A stretch of DNA of 25,073 nt from Granulicella sp. (GCA_027339965.1 DAHWNL010000041.1:1-25073), one strand, 5' to 3'; positions 1 through 9,332 are shown, numbered from the stretch's first letter. Translations and numbers: made by a program. The notes: generated from the letters alone by a model not told the origin.

Positions 1-215
1 AGACGGCTGATTTCCATCTGCTCGGCCGTCACCCCAGCCTTGCCGCTGACTTCCTTCAGCTTGCCTTCCCGCTTCGCCTTCACCCAGTTGGACAGGGTCT
101 GCTCCACCACTCCCAGACTGCGCGACGTCTCGGCAATGCTCGAGCCCGACTCCACCAGCCGCACCGCCTCCTGCTTAAACTCCAGCGTGTACCTGCCCCG
201 TTTTCCGTTCCTCAT
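1..215 (-). CDS. IS3-family transposase OrfA (partial; not in the supplied ORF track)
   Basis: ATG at 215 after GAAAGGGG. Translates MRNGKRGRYTLEFKQEAVRLVESGSSIAETSRSLGVVEQTLSNWVKAKREGKL...EQMEISRL, with the typical YTxEFKxEAVRLV / TLxNWV HTH signature. Confidence 0.9.
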   Translation of the reverse strand, partial: MRNGKRGRYTLEFKQEAVRLVESGSSIAETSRSLGVVEQTLSNWVKAKREGKLKEVSGKAGVTAEQMEISR

Positions 216-278
216 CTGCCGCCCCTTTCGCTATTACAGCAGCTCAGCTAAGGGATACGTTTTACGCGGGCAAGGTCA
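1..278 (-). mobile_element. IS3-family insertion sequence, left end (continues beyond window start)
   Basis: The minus strand begins 5'-TGACCTTGCCCGCGTAAAACGTATCCC at 278, matching the TG start of IS3-family ends. An OrfA-type HTH reading frame follows and runs off the window. Confidence 0.85.
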
Positions 279-392
279 TGCCTCCGCCGACCGCACTGTT
301 TGCTGCTCCGAATGCATCCTCCATCAACCCCACCGGCACGATGTCATCCTTCCCCCATCTCCCACAGCGGCCGTCCGCCCTAAAATGGAGTG

Positions 393-1571
393 ATGGAGCG
401 CATTTACCTCGACGCCAACGCCACCACTCCGGTTCTCCCTCAGGTCGTCGAGGCCATGCGCCCCTTTTGGACAGAGAGCTTCGGCAACCCCAGTTCGACG
501 CATCACGCCGGCCAGCGTGCCCGGGCCGCCGTCGAGCAAGCCCGTTCGTCCATCGCCCGGCTGTTGAACTGCTCGGCCAAAGAGATCGTCTTTACCTCCG
601 GAGGCACGGAGAGCGACAATCTGGCGCTCAACGGCGTGCTCAGCCCTTTCCTGGAGAAGCGCCAGCCAGCGCACCTGCTCACCACGGCGATCGAGCACCA
701 CGCCATCCTCTATACCGCGCAGGCGCTGCAGCGACGCGGCGCAGGCGTCACCTTCCTGGCTCCCAACCGCGAAGGCGTCATCGACCCCGAGGCCTTTCGC
801 GCCGCCCTGCGCCCGGACACCGAACTGGTTTCTATCATGTACGCCAACAACGAGACCGGCGCCGTTCAGCCGATCGGCAAGCTGGCCCGCATCGCCAAAG
901 CTTTCAACCCCGCCATCCTCTTCCACACAGACGCAGTCCAGGCCGCCGCAAAGCTGCCTCTGGACCTAAGCGGAGCGCTCAAGAACGTAGATCTGCTCTC
1001 CATCTCCGGGCATAAGATGTACGCCCCGCAAGGCACCGGCATTCTCTTCATCCGCAGCGGCCTTCACCTGGCGCCCCTGCTCTACGGTGGCCCGCAGGAG
1101 CGCCAGCGCCGCGCCGGCACAGAGAACGTGCCCGGCATCGTCGCCTTGGGCCGCGCCGCCGAGCTGGCGCAAGACTGGCTCGACTCTCATCAGGACCGCG
1201 AGTTGGCCGCGCTGCGCGACCGCCTCGAGTCCGGCCTGCTGGCGGCTATCCCCGAATGCAGCGTGAATGGGCCGGCAGGGGACGCAGAACGCCGCTCACC
1301 CAACACTTCCAACCTGCGCTTTAAGGATGTCGATGCCGAGGCTCTGCTGATCGCACTCGACATGCAGGGCATCGCAGTCGGCTTCGGCGCAGCTTGCCAG
1401 TCCGGCGCCACTGAACCCTCGCACGTCCTGCTCGCAATGGGGCTCACAGCGCAGGAGGCTCAGGGAAGTCTGCGGCTTTCGCTCTCCCGCCTGACCACCC
1501 GCGAAGAAATTGACCGCGCTTTGGAGATCATCCCAGCCGCAGTGACCCGTCTTCTCTCGCTGGCCCAATAG
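393..1571 (+). CDS. iscS: Cysteine desulfurase, NifS/IscS family (PLP aminotransferase class V)
   Basis: Motifs IYLDANATT, FGNPSS, FTSGGTESDN, HTDAVQ, SGHK (PLP lysine), RAGTEN and the catalytic Cys loop GAACQSG. No isc/suf neighbours, so exact orthology is uncertain. Confidence 0.93.
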   Translation: MERIYLDANATTPVLPQVVEAMRPFWTESFGNPSSTHHAGQRARAAVEQARSSIARLLNCSAKEIVFTSGGTESDNLALNGVLSPFLEKRQPAHLLTTAIEHHAILYTAQALQRRGAGVTFLAPNREGVIDPEAFRAALRPDTELVSIMYANNETGAVQPIGKLARIAKAFNPAILFHTDAVQAAAKLPLDLSGALKNVDLLSISGHKMYAPQGTGILFIRSGLHLAPLLYGGPQERQRRAGTENVPGIVALGRAAELAQDWLDSHQDRELAALRDRLESGLLAAIPECSVNGPAGDAERRSPNTSNLRFKDVDAEALLIALDMQGIAVGFGAACQSGATEPSHVLLAMGLTAQEAQGSLRLSLSRLTTREEIDRALEIIPAAVTRLLSLAQ

Positions 1572-1961
1572 AGAGCGTTTGATTCAGCGGCGAGCGCCTC
1601 CCTGGCCTGCATGGGCCGGCTCCCCGGCAAAGACCTCCTGCACGGGCCTTCCAAACCTCGCCTCTTCAGGTGAAAGCCCGCGGCGGACGACCCTCTCCTC
1701 CAGGAACAACCCTGGCGGATGGCTGGAGCCGGGCTGAAACAAAGGTCTGCGCCTCGGACGACGCAGCAAAAGGCATGGAAATCCGCATCGCCAGAAAACC
1801 GATGGATGAGGAAGACGCATCCTAGGTGCTTGAAACTGAAGCGCGAGATGCTACGATAAGGCATTTGCCACAATGACGCCATCGGCCTTGCGCGGAGGCG
1901 CTCTGTGACCCGCTGGGATTCCCGGCACTCAAATCTAGTCTTCTTGTGGAGGTTGTAAAGT

Positions 1962-2363
1962 ATGGACTCACGATTCTGGCAGCTAACTCGTGCGCTGGCT
2001 GTTGGAGTGCTCGCACTCGCCGTCCCTTCCATGGTTCTTGGGCAGACGCAACACGTGGTGGGCCCCATGGATCTGCAGCGGGCGGAGCAGGGCGCAACCC
2101 AGGCCCGGCAACAGAACATCGATACGCTGCAAGGATTTCTCGGCTCTGCGGAAGCGCGGGAGTCCCTGCAGAAGGCGCATATGAACCCGATCCAGGTGGA
2201 AAAGGCGATCGCGGGGCTAAGCGACCAGGAACTGGCCCAACTGGCCTTACGCGCCACCCGGGTCCAGAATGAGTTCGCTGCAGGCGAGATCAGCAACCAC
2301 GATCTGCTGCTGATCCTGGTTGGCATCGCCGCGCTGATCCTGATTATCGTAGCCGTCCATTAA
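1962..2363 (+). CDS. PA2779-like exported protein with hydrophobic C-terminal tail
   Basis: GGAGG RBS, Sec-like signal peptide, an LSDQELAQLA motif, and AAG followed by an Ile/Leu/Val-rich tail. 133 aa and adjacent to a C39 peptidase, as recalled for the PA2779/PA2778 pair. Confidence 0.8.
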   Translation: MDSRFWQLTRALAVGVLALAVPSMVLGQTQHVVGPMDLQRAEQGATQARQQNIDTLQGFLGSAEARESLQKAHMNPIQVEKAIAGLSDQELAQLALRATRVQNEFAAGEISNHDLLLILVGIAALILIIVAVH

Positions 2364-2520
2364 GCATTCGCCAGGGAACGAGCGGAGAGCGCAGGCGCCG
2401 CCGGCGCAGTCACCAGCTTTTGAAGCCGGTGGTTGCGCCGGTCAGAGTAGAAACTCACGCCGCGTGGCGGCTTCATCTGCCCCCAATCCCCGCTCCCAAG
2501 GCCTTGCATGGAGAGCCAAT

Positions 2521-3066
2521 ATGAAGTTCCGTTTCGTGCTGCCGGTCGTGCTATGGATAGGTGCATGCGGCGCAGCCGCGGCAGCCGCGACCGCCGGCAT
2601 GTGGCTGGATGTGCCCTTCGTGCGCCAGACAAAGCAGGCCTGCGGCGATGCGTGCATCGCCATGGTGATGCAATACTGGCAGGAGAAGAACTACCAGCCT
2701 GAGAAGACCTCCATAAATGCTGCCGCCATTCTGCGTGAGCTGCCGCCGGGACGGCGTGGCGTGAGCGCTACCAGCATGGCGAAGTTTTTCCGGCAACATG
2801 GCTATCGCGCGTTTGCCTATGCGGGTGATTGGAAAGACATCCAGCATCAAATCGCCCAAGGCCGCCCCCTGATCGTCGCGCTCAAGCCCCTGGGGGACTC
2901 GGAGTTGCACTACACCGTAGTGGCTGGAGTCGATGACCCGCAGCATCTACTGTTTGTGAATGATCCGGCGCAACGTAAACTTCTCAAGATGGATCGCCTG
3001 CGGTTTGAACGCGAGTGGAGGGCCACGAAGAATTGGACACTGCTCGCCGTTCCCGACCTGAAATGA
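2521..3066 (+). CDS. Exported C39-like (papain-fold) cysteine peptidase
   Basis: GGAGAG RBS before ATG 2521. Signal peptide with a possible IGAC lipobox. LDVPFVRQ...CG (oxyanion Gln and catalytic Cys), HYTVV (His), NDP (Asp). Confidence 0.88.
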   Translation: MKFRFVLPVVLWIGACGAAAAAATAGMWLDVPFVRQTKQACGDACIAMVMQYWQEKNYQPEKTSINAAAILRELPPGRRGVSATSMAKFFRQHGYRAFAYAGDWKDIQHQIAQGRPLIVALKPLGDSELHYTVVAGVDDPQHLLFVNDPAQRKLLKMDRLRFEREWRATKNWTLLAVPDLK

Positions 3067-4718
3067 CTGCCGCAGTAGCCCGCCCAGCGCTTCGCTCCCG
3101 AGCCTGCTGGCCTCTTCCCTGCATCCTGATCCTTGGCAGCCTCGGCTCCCACGCCCAGAGCACGCAAGCACCGGCCCTAAAGCCGACCGGCACCGCTGAC
3201 ACGTACTTTGCCCAAGGCATGGCCATGGCCAAGGCCGGAAACTGGACGGAAGCGGAACGCGCCTTGAAGAAGGGGCGTAAGATGGCCCCCGAGGACGTGC
3301 GATTTCCCGAGGAGTTGGCCGGAGTCGCCTTCAAACAGAAGAAAAACTCTCTGGCCAAACGGCGGTTGCGCGCGGCCTTGCGTCTTGCCCCACGGGACGG
3401 CTATGCCCTGAATTTCCTGGCGACCCTTTATTTCCTTGACGGCAATGATCAGGCAGCATTGAAGTACTGGAACCGAGAGAGCAAGCCACAGATCGCAAGC
3501 ATCAGCGCCGAGCCTCTGCCGCAGGTCTCGCCCGCGCTGCTGGACCAGGCCTTCGCCTTTTCGCCGGCCAGCACCCTGTTGCTGCCGCAGTATCTTTCAA
3601 CCGAGACGAGGCTGAGCGCTCTGGGTATCTTCCCCACGTTCCAGTTGAACCTGGACGCACTCGCGGACGGACGTTTCAATGCGACCCTGCGCGCCCACGA
3701 ACTGGATGGCTTTGGCGGCGCAGGCTGGGGAGATCTTGCCTATCTGCTGCAAGGGCTACCCTTCGCCGCCGTTGAGCCAAGCTACTGGAACATCCGGAAG
3801 CAGGCCATCAACTTCAACTCGATGCTGCGCTGGGACGACGAGAAGCGCCGCGCCTTCGCACGACTCTCCGGCCCATGGCAGGGCAGCGCCAAGTATCGCT
3901 GGGAGTGGCTTACCGACCTGCGCAACGAAAACTGGGCGCTGCGCAGGGAGTCCTCGGGACCTGCTCCGGTCCTGGCCAGCTTCAACATGCGCACCGAGCG
4001 CGGAGGGTTCAATCTGGCCTCCCGCGCGAGCGGGCGAATCGGCTGGAGCGTCGGCGCTGAATTATCCAACCGGAACTTTCGCAGCGTGGAACCGGGAACG
4101 GTATTGACCTCGCACATGATTGCATCCGGCGTCGAGCTGAAACAGCGGGAGCAGTTGACCAGCATATTGTGGAGCGTGCCGGAGCACCGCTTCGTCTTGA
4201 GCGCCGGGACGCAGTTTGAGGCGGCACGGTTGTGGTCCAGCCCGGCACAAAATTTCGAGAAGCTGACCGGATCGCTTCTTTGGCGGTGGTTTCCGCGCGC
4301 ACGGGGAGACGACGATGCGATAACGCAACAACTGCGCGCCGGAAGGATCTTCGGACGCGCGCCCATCGACGAACTTTACATCCTGGGCCTGGAGCGCGAT
4401 AACGATCTGCCGATGATTGCGCATATCGGTACCCGCGACGGACTCAAAGGGAGCGCCCCGTTGGGCCGCGACTATCTGCTGCAGAACTGGGAGATGGACA
4501 AAAATATCTACGGGGACGGTTTGTTCAAGATTCAAATCGGACCCGTTCTGGACATCGGCAAGATCACTGATCCGGGGACCGCGCTGGGTTCGCAGCAGTG
4601 GATGCTCGATACTGGGGCCGCGCTCAAGCTGCGCGTGCTTGGCGTGGGGATGGTATTTACTTACGGCAGAGGCCTGCGCAGCGGTGTCAATGCTCTCTAT
4701 GCCGAAGGGCTGGATTGA
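3063..4718 (+). CDS. TPR-containing outer-membrane beta-barrel protein, Omp85-like with one POTRA-like domain
   Basis: ATGA overlap with the peptidase stop. Signal peptide, about 3 TPR-like repeats, a POTRA-like segment (RLSALGIF...ATLRAHE), then amphipathic aromatic-rich strands. The CDS is secure; the Omp85 call rests on motif resemblance. Confidence 0.7.
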   Translation: MTAAVARPALRSRACWPLPCILILGSLGSHAQSTQAPALKPTGTADTYFAQGMAMAKAGNWTEAERALKKGRKMAPEDVRFPEELAGVAFKQKKNSLAKRRLRAALRLAPRDGYALNFLATLYFLDGNDQAALKYWNRESKPQIASISAEPLPQVSPALLDQAFAFSPASTLLLPQYLSTETRLSALGIFPTFQLNLDALADGRFNATLRAHELDGFGGAGWGDLAYLLQGLPFAAVEPSYWNIRKQAINFNSMLRWDDEKRRAFARLSGPWQGSAKYRWEWLTDLRNENWALRRESSGPAPVLASFNMRTERGGFNLASRASGRIGWSVGAELSNRNFRSVEPGTVLTSHMIASGVELKQREQLTSILWSVPEHRFVLSAGTQFEAARLWSSPAQNFEKLTGSLLWRWFPRARGDDDAITQQLRAGRIFGRAPIDELYILGLERDNDLPMIAHIGTRDGLKGSAPLGRDYLLQNWEMDKNIYGDGLFKIQIGPVLDIGKITDPGTALGSQQWMLDTGAALKLRVLGVGMVFTYGRGLRSGVNALYAEGLD

Positions 4719-4754
4719 ACTGGACCCATGCGCCAGTTTGAATCTCACGCCAGG

Positions 4755-5621
4755 CTAGATATTTAGCCCCTTCAGGTAGGCAAAGCTCTCCGTCATACTC
4801 TGAACCACAGGACCTGCCGTCTCATCCTGGTCGAGGTACGCGTAGCGGATCCCCTGCCAGCGGGCCTGCATCAGCAGATGGGGCCAGTCGATAGAACCTG
4901 TTCCAAGTTCAGTGAAGTGTTCGGCGCTGGGCCCCAGCACGAAGCCAGTCGGCGCTCCCGGAACGCGATCCTTCAGGTGGATCAGCTTTACCCGGTCCTT
5001 GTAATCCAGCATCACCTGGGCGGGATTCTGTCCAGCCTGGACCAGCCAGTAGAGATCCAACTCCAACATCACCAGCGTGGGATCTGTATTTCCCATCAGG
5101 ATCTGCCAACCGGTCAGGCCGCCGGCCTGCGGCTTGAACTCATAACAGTGGTTATGGAAGACAAACTGCATGCCTGCCTGACTCACCTGCGCGCCCCAGT
5201 GGTCGAACTCGTCAGCAGCCTTCTCGAACCCTGCTGCGGAGTCCCACTGCGGCTGTGGAATCATTGGGCAAACCATGTACTTCAGCCCCAATTGCCTGGC
5301 ATAGTCGATCCGCTGGGCAAAATCTTCGTAGTTAAAGTGCGCCGACACCAGCCCCAGACCCGCATCCGCCACGATCTTCTTCAGCTCCGACGCCGGGTGA
5401 TCGTACACCACCGGATACAGCTCCACCTGAGTAAAGCCTATCTGGCGGATGGAGTGCAGAATCCCGGCCAGATCCCTGGCCGCCTGGCGCCGGACCATAT
5501 AGAGTTGCACCCCATAGTTCAACGGCCCGGGATCCTGACCCAACGCCCTGCGCGAAAAGACGACCACGCAGCCCGCAGCCAGTGCGGAAGCTTGCACGAA
5601 CCGTCGCCGCGTACTCCTCAT
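4755..5621 (-). CDS. Sugar phosphate isomerase/epimerase (xylose-isomerase-like TIM barrel) with Tat signal
   Basis: N-terminal TRRRFV twin-arginine motif. GVQLYMVR, FHNHxxEF, ELDLYW, HLKD, ELGTGSIDW. Confidence 0.9.
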   Translation of the reverse strand: MRSTRRRFVQASALAAGCVVVFSRRALGQDPGPLNYGVQLYMVRRQAARDLAGILHSIRQIGFTQVELYPVVYDHPASELKKIVADAGLGLVSAHFNYEDFAQRIDYARQLGLKYMVCPMIPQPQWDSAAGFEKAADEFDHWGAQVSQAGMQFVFHNHCYEFKPQAGGLTGWQILMGNTDPTLVMLELDLYWLVQAGQNPAQVMLDYKDRVKLIHLKDRVPGAPTGFVLGPSAEHFTELGTGSIDWPHLLMQARWQGIRYAYLDQDETAGPVVQSMTESFAYLKGLNI

Positions 5622-5696
5622 AGGCTCGCCTCTCTCCCAACGATTACCCGCACCGGGGAACCTGAGGCTGCCTGCGGACGCCGGGTGCAGGCTCTA

Positions 5697-5763
5697 CGCC
5701 TCATCCCGAGCGCCCCGGTCCAGCCTCGGGGGCCTGGGCGCTTTCGCGCCTCATCCCGAGCGC
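5697..5763. repeat. 17-bp direct repeat, two copies 50 bp apart
   Basis: CGCCTCATCCCGAGCGC at 5697-5713 and 5747-5763, with a hairpin between them (AGCGCCC 5709-5715 / GGGCGCT 5736-5742). Confidence 0.7.
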
Positions 5764-5903
5764 TCTCATCAGGAGACCGGGAAGCACGTCCACGGCCCAC
5801 AGTCGGAGACACCTTTCTCCACTGCCAAACTCTAGTCCTGCCAGCCGCTCGGGTCAAACCCCGCGGTGTAACACCAGCGACACGGCCGATACCCGCACCG
5901 ACC

Positions 5904-7541
5904 TCAGCGGCGCGTCAGCTTATACAGCACTAGAGTCTGCTGCTTCGGGTCGTCAAACACTCTGTATCGCGCCACGGCGTCCATCCGATACCGCATCCCC
6001 ACCTCGGCGATCACAATGTCCTCCCGCCCCGGCCACGCCGCAAACCAACCGGGCTGATACCTGGCCAGCACCGCATCCATACCATGCGTGGTTCGGGTCG
6101 CTGACACCGCTGGCAAGCCGGTCCATAGCGTCAGATCATCCCCGCTATCGGAGAGCAGCATGGGCCGTGAGCCTCCATCGGTTGCGACGATCGCAGCAAT
6201 TCCCTGTGCGGCCTCCCAATAGCTGTACTCCTGATGCAGGACGTCTTCCAGCATCTGCACGCCCATCATCCCCAGGCTCGCCACCACCGTCAGCAGGGTC
6301 ACAGCCAGCATCCAGCGCATACGCCTTTCCTGCCTGGATCCCTTGGCGCACAACCGGCGACGGTCAATCACCGCGCCCACACCCAGGCCCACCACCATCA
6401 TCACCGGCATCAGAATTGGGAGCAAAGATCTCGCCGCAATCTCTCCGTGGTATCCGAGATACGCCATCTGGCCGGCCACAGCCAGCACGGCCGCGCCGAA
6501 TAGCGGCCTGCTCCACAACTCGCGCAGCCAAACCACAGACAGCAATAGGATCAACACCGCCAGCGGAAACAGCACCGGACTGACCCACAAACCGCCTTGC
6601 AGCAATTGCCAGGCCGGCAGAGAGCGCCAGGCCACATGTCGGGTCGCCATGTCCGCCAGCAGCGCATAGTCCAGCATGGCGTGGGGCAGGACCAGAATGC
6701 GCAGATAGGCCTCCCACAGCGCCAGTGGAAGACCCAGCGTAAGCGCCAGGGAGACGCCGATTCCCTTCCCGGAGATGAGCTTGGAGTCCTTCCTGGCGCG
6801 TTCTGCCTCGTTCCCTGCCCGCTGGCCCCAGCTCGCCCCCATCATGTACAGCACCGCGGGAACCAATGCCACACCAGAGAACTTGGTCAGCACCAGAAGA
6901 AAGACCACCACCCCCAGCAACAACTGTTTGAGCCAATCTCTGGGCTGAGCGGATCCAGCAAGCCAAAGCGCGAACATGAACCAGAGGATGGTCACCGGCT
7001 CCAGAATCGCCAGCCGGTTGAAAGCGTAACCAAACGGATCGATCTCAGCCAACAGCACCACCAGGGCAGCCAGCCTTCCCGGCCTGGCCCTCCACGTCAC
7101 GCGGTAGAACAGGATCAGCGACAGGCCATACAGCACCATCGTCAAGGTTCTGGCCCAGAGCATGCTCACTCCGGTGATCTTGAACCAGAGTCCCAAGAGT
7201 AAGGGCCAGACCGGCATCGTCACGGCCGCATTCAGAACATCGGGCAGGTACCAGTGACCCTGGACAAAGTAGTGAATGGCGCCTCCGGCATACCATCCCT
7301 CATCGGCGATCCCTGACCCATCCAGCCAAGCAGGTCCGCCGGAGAAGTCCGCGCGCAGATGCAGAAAGCCCAGCCCATAAGCCGCCAGGCTAAGCAGCAA
7401 CAGCAAACCGACGAGTCTTCGCCCCTTCGGTCTCGCCACACTCCTGCCGCTCATCTGCCTGGATTCGATCGCCACGGATTCTAGTTCTAGTATCACATCC
7501 AACCTGTCCGCGGAGGCTGCTGCCGGGCCGGATCTCTTCAT
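5904..7541 (-). CDS. ArnT/PMT-like (GT-C fold) membrane glycosyltransferase
   Basis: DEGWY motif after the first TM helix, many TM segments, RLAILE and LTK motifs. The start may be the ATG at 7454. Confidence 0.8.
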   Translation of the reverse strand: MKRSGPAAASADRLDVILELESVAIESRQMSGRSVARPKGRRLVGLLLLLSLAAYGLGFLHLRADFSGGPAWLDGSGIADEGWYAGGAIHYFVQGHWYLPDVLNAAVTMPVWPLLLGLWFKITGVSMLWARTLTMVLYGLSLILFYRVTWRARPGRLAALVVLLAEIDPFGYAFNRLAILEPVTILWFMFALWLAGSAQPRDWLKQLLLGVVVFLLVLTKFSGVALVPAVLYMMGASWGQRAGNEAERARKDSKLISGKGIGVSLALTLGLPLALWEAYLRILVLPHAMLDYALLADMATRHVAWRSLPAWQLLQGGLWVSPVLFPLAVLILLLSVVWLRELWSRPLFGAAVLAVAGQMAYLGYHGEIAARSLLPILMPVMMVVGLGVGAVIDRRRLCAKGSRQERRMRWMLAVTLLTVVASLGMMGVQMLEDVLHQEYSYWEAAQGIAAIVATDGGSRPMLLSDSGDDLTLWTGLPAVSATRTTHGMDAVLARYQPGWFAAWPGREDIVIAEVGMRYRMDAVARYRVFDDPKQQTLVLYKLTRR

Positions 7542-7667
7542 GCCTCATCCTTCCTCGCACAGATCTTCAGCTTCTGCAGTGTTCTCCGGCGCCGCAAGAG
7601 TTCCCAGCGCCTCGACAGCCCCATGGAAGACCAAGCATCGTTCTGGCGCCACTTCTCTCACGGATGC

Positions 7668-9332
7668 TCACGAAGAGGGCGGACCTTCCAGCTCCGGTGC
7701 CTGAACCTCCCGAATTCTTCCGTCCGGCAGCAGCTCCAGGGTAGGCGCATAAGTTCCCAGCAGCTTTCGCGTCCACCAAATACCTTGGCCACGCTTCTCC
7801 TCTGGAGTGCTGAACCAATACTGCCAGAGCACGGCCCGCACCTGGCGGGGAGGCAACTCTGGAAACGGATTGCTGCGGAACAAGCTGAGCACGTCTTTAT
7901 CCCCCACCAGCAAGCGCTCCTCGGTCAACGGCACAATCGGGGCATTCTGCCAGGAGGTCAGGGAAGCAAACCACAGGTTCCAATCAAAGCGCGGCTGATA
8001 AGGCGCATAGATTCCGGGCCGCTCTCGCACATCCTGCGGCTTGAAGCGGAAGATATACGGCTTCCAAGTGATCCCATCGTCAGATCCCTGAAACTCGATC
8101 TCATAGCGATGCGGCGTCATCACTGCAAACAAGCCGTACTGATTGGCGATCCGCAGCGGCTCCAGCGCCTGAATCGGAGCCCCCCACACCGGAGCTCCCT
8201 GCCAGAACATCAGCACCATCTGCGCCGTGGTGGCGTATGCAACCCAGGTGAGCAGAATCGCAGTGACCGCAACCCCCATAGCGGAAACCCGGTTCAAAGC
8301 CCTCACAGAGTGTGCCGATTCCATCTCCTCGGCGTGAGGGGAGGTCTCTTCCAGCGGGCTGGAGAACAAGCTCTGGAAGCCGCTTGGACGCAAATCCGGC
8401 TGGCCAACTGACTCCGTGGCCAAGCCGGCGCGCCAGCCCCGCGGAACAAACCGTTCCAACGCCTTGTCGTCCAGTAGAAGGAACGCCAGCACCAGCACCA
8501 GGTAGTTCAGAAAGGCGTAGTTGGCCGTGGCGATCACCACCGTCTGCCACACCGTGACTATGCAGAAGCAAGCGATCTTCCAGCGCCGGGGCAGAAAGGC
8601 CATCCACACCAGCACCAGTTCCATTCCCAGCGTAGCGCCCGCGGTTGCCCGCTGAAACCAATGCGGCAGATGCTGCAAATACCAGCCAATCCAGGTGGGC
8701 AATGGCCCATTCTGGTAGTACTCATACATGGCGGTCAGGTTGCGCCAGGTAGGATCTCCGCTCAGCAGCTTCACCGCTCCAGACTCAAAGTAGATCCGAA
8801 ACCACTCCCAGATCAGCAGCCACCAGGCCGCCCGTATCGGCAGGCTTCTTCTGCCCCACCCTGGCCACCAGCCTGCCGGAGCCACAAACAAGGACAAAAA
8901 ACCAGCCTCCAGCAACATACCGTCCGACTGGTACTGGCCGAAGTCCTGGGACACCGCAATAAAGCTCAAAAAGCAGACAAAACACAGCGTCAGAGAGATC
9001 CTTGGCGCGACGTTGGCGATCACCAGCAGGGAAGCCGCCAGGCCTACCCATACCAGCACCATCAACGCATGATTGCTGCTGTCCAGCCAAAGCATGGTCG
9101 GGGCGTACCAGAAACCCAAAGCACCCAGAGAGCGCACCTTTTGCAGGTACTGATCCGCGGGCAGAATCCCGTCGCTGCCAACCATCCCGCAAATCTGAAA
9201 CAACAAGGCAAGGAACGCAGAGAGATAGATGGCTCCCAGAGCGCGCAGGAACAGCCAGCGAGCGACCAGATGATGGGAAACCCCCATTTTGCGGTCAAAG
9301 AGAGTTCGAACTCTGTATTCAAGGCTGTGCAT
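7668..9332 (-). CDS. Lipase maturation factor (LMF1) family membrane protein
   Basis: RWLFLRALGAIY, DGMLLEAGFL, SGAVKL..GDPTWR, PLPTW, YGLFAVMT..RYEIEFQGS, APYQPRFDWNLWFA. GAGG RBS. Confidence 0.92.
   Translation of the reverse strand: MHSLEYRVRTLFDRKMGVSHHLVARWLFLRALGAIYLSAFLALLFQICGMVGSDGILPADQYLQKVRSLGALGFWYAPTMLWLDSSNHALMVLVWVGLAASLLVIANVAPRISLTLCFVCFLSFIAVSQDFGQYQSDGMLLEAGFLSLFVAPAGWWPGWGRRSLPIRAAWWLLIWEWFRIYFESGAVKLLSGDPTWRNLTAMYEYYQNGPLPTWIGWYLQHLPHWFQRATAGATLGMELVLVWMAFLPRRWKIACFCIVTVWQTVVIATANYAFLNYLVLVLAFLLLDDKALERFVPRGWRAGLATESVGQPDLRPSGFQSLFSSPLEETSPHAEEMESAHSVRALNRVSAMGVAVTAILLTWVAYATTAQMVLMFWQGAPVWGAPIQALEPLRIANQYGLFAVMTPHRYEIEFQGSDDGITWKPYIFRFKPQDVRERPGIYAPYQPRFDWNLWFASLTSWQNAPIVPLTEERLLVGDKDVLSLFRSNPFPELPPRQVRAVLWQYWFSTPEEKRGQGIWWTRKLLGTYAPTLELLPDGRIREVQAPELEGPPSS

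Noticed and set aside
40..1015. ORFs 40..393 and 278..1015
   Set aside because: The first is antisense to IS3 OrfA. The second is an Arg/Pro-rich off-frame overlap of the desulfurase.
5690..5780. Mini CRISPR array
   Set aside because: Only two 17-bp copies, too short for CRISPR repeats, and no cas genes in the window.
4878..5933. 351-aa plus-strand ORF
   Set aside because: Antisense to the well-supported sugar isomerase.
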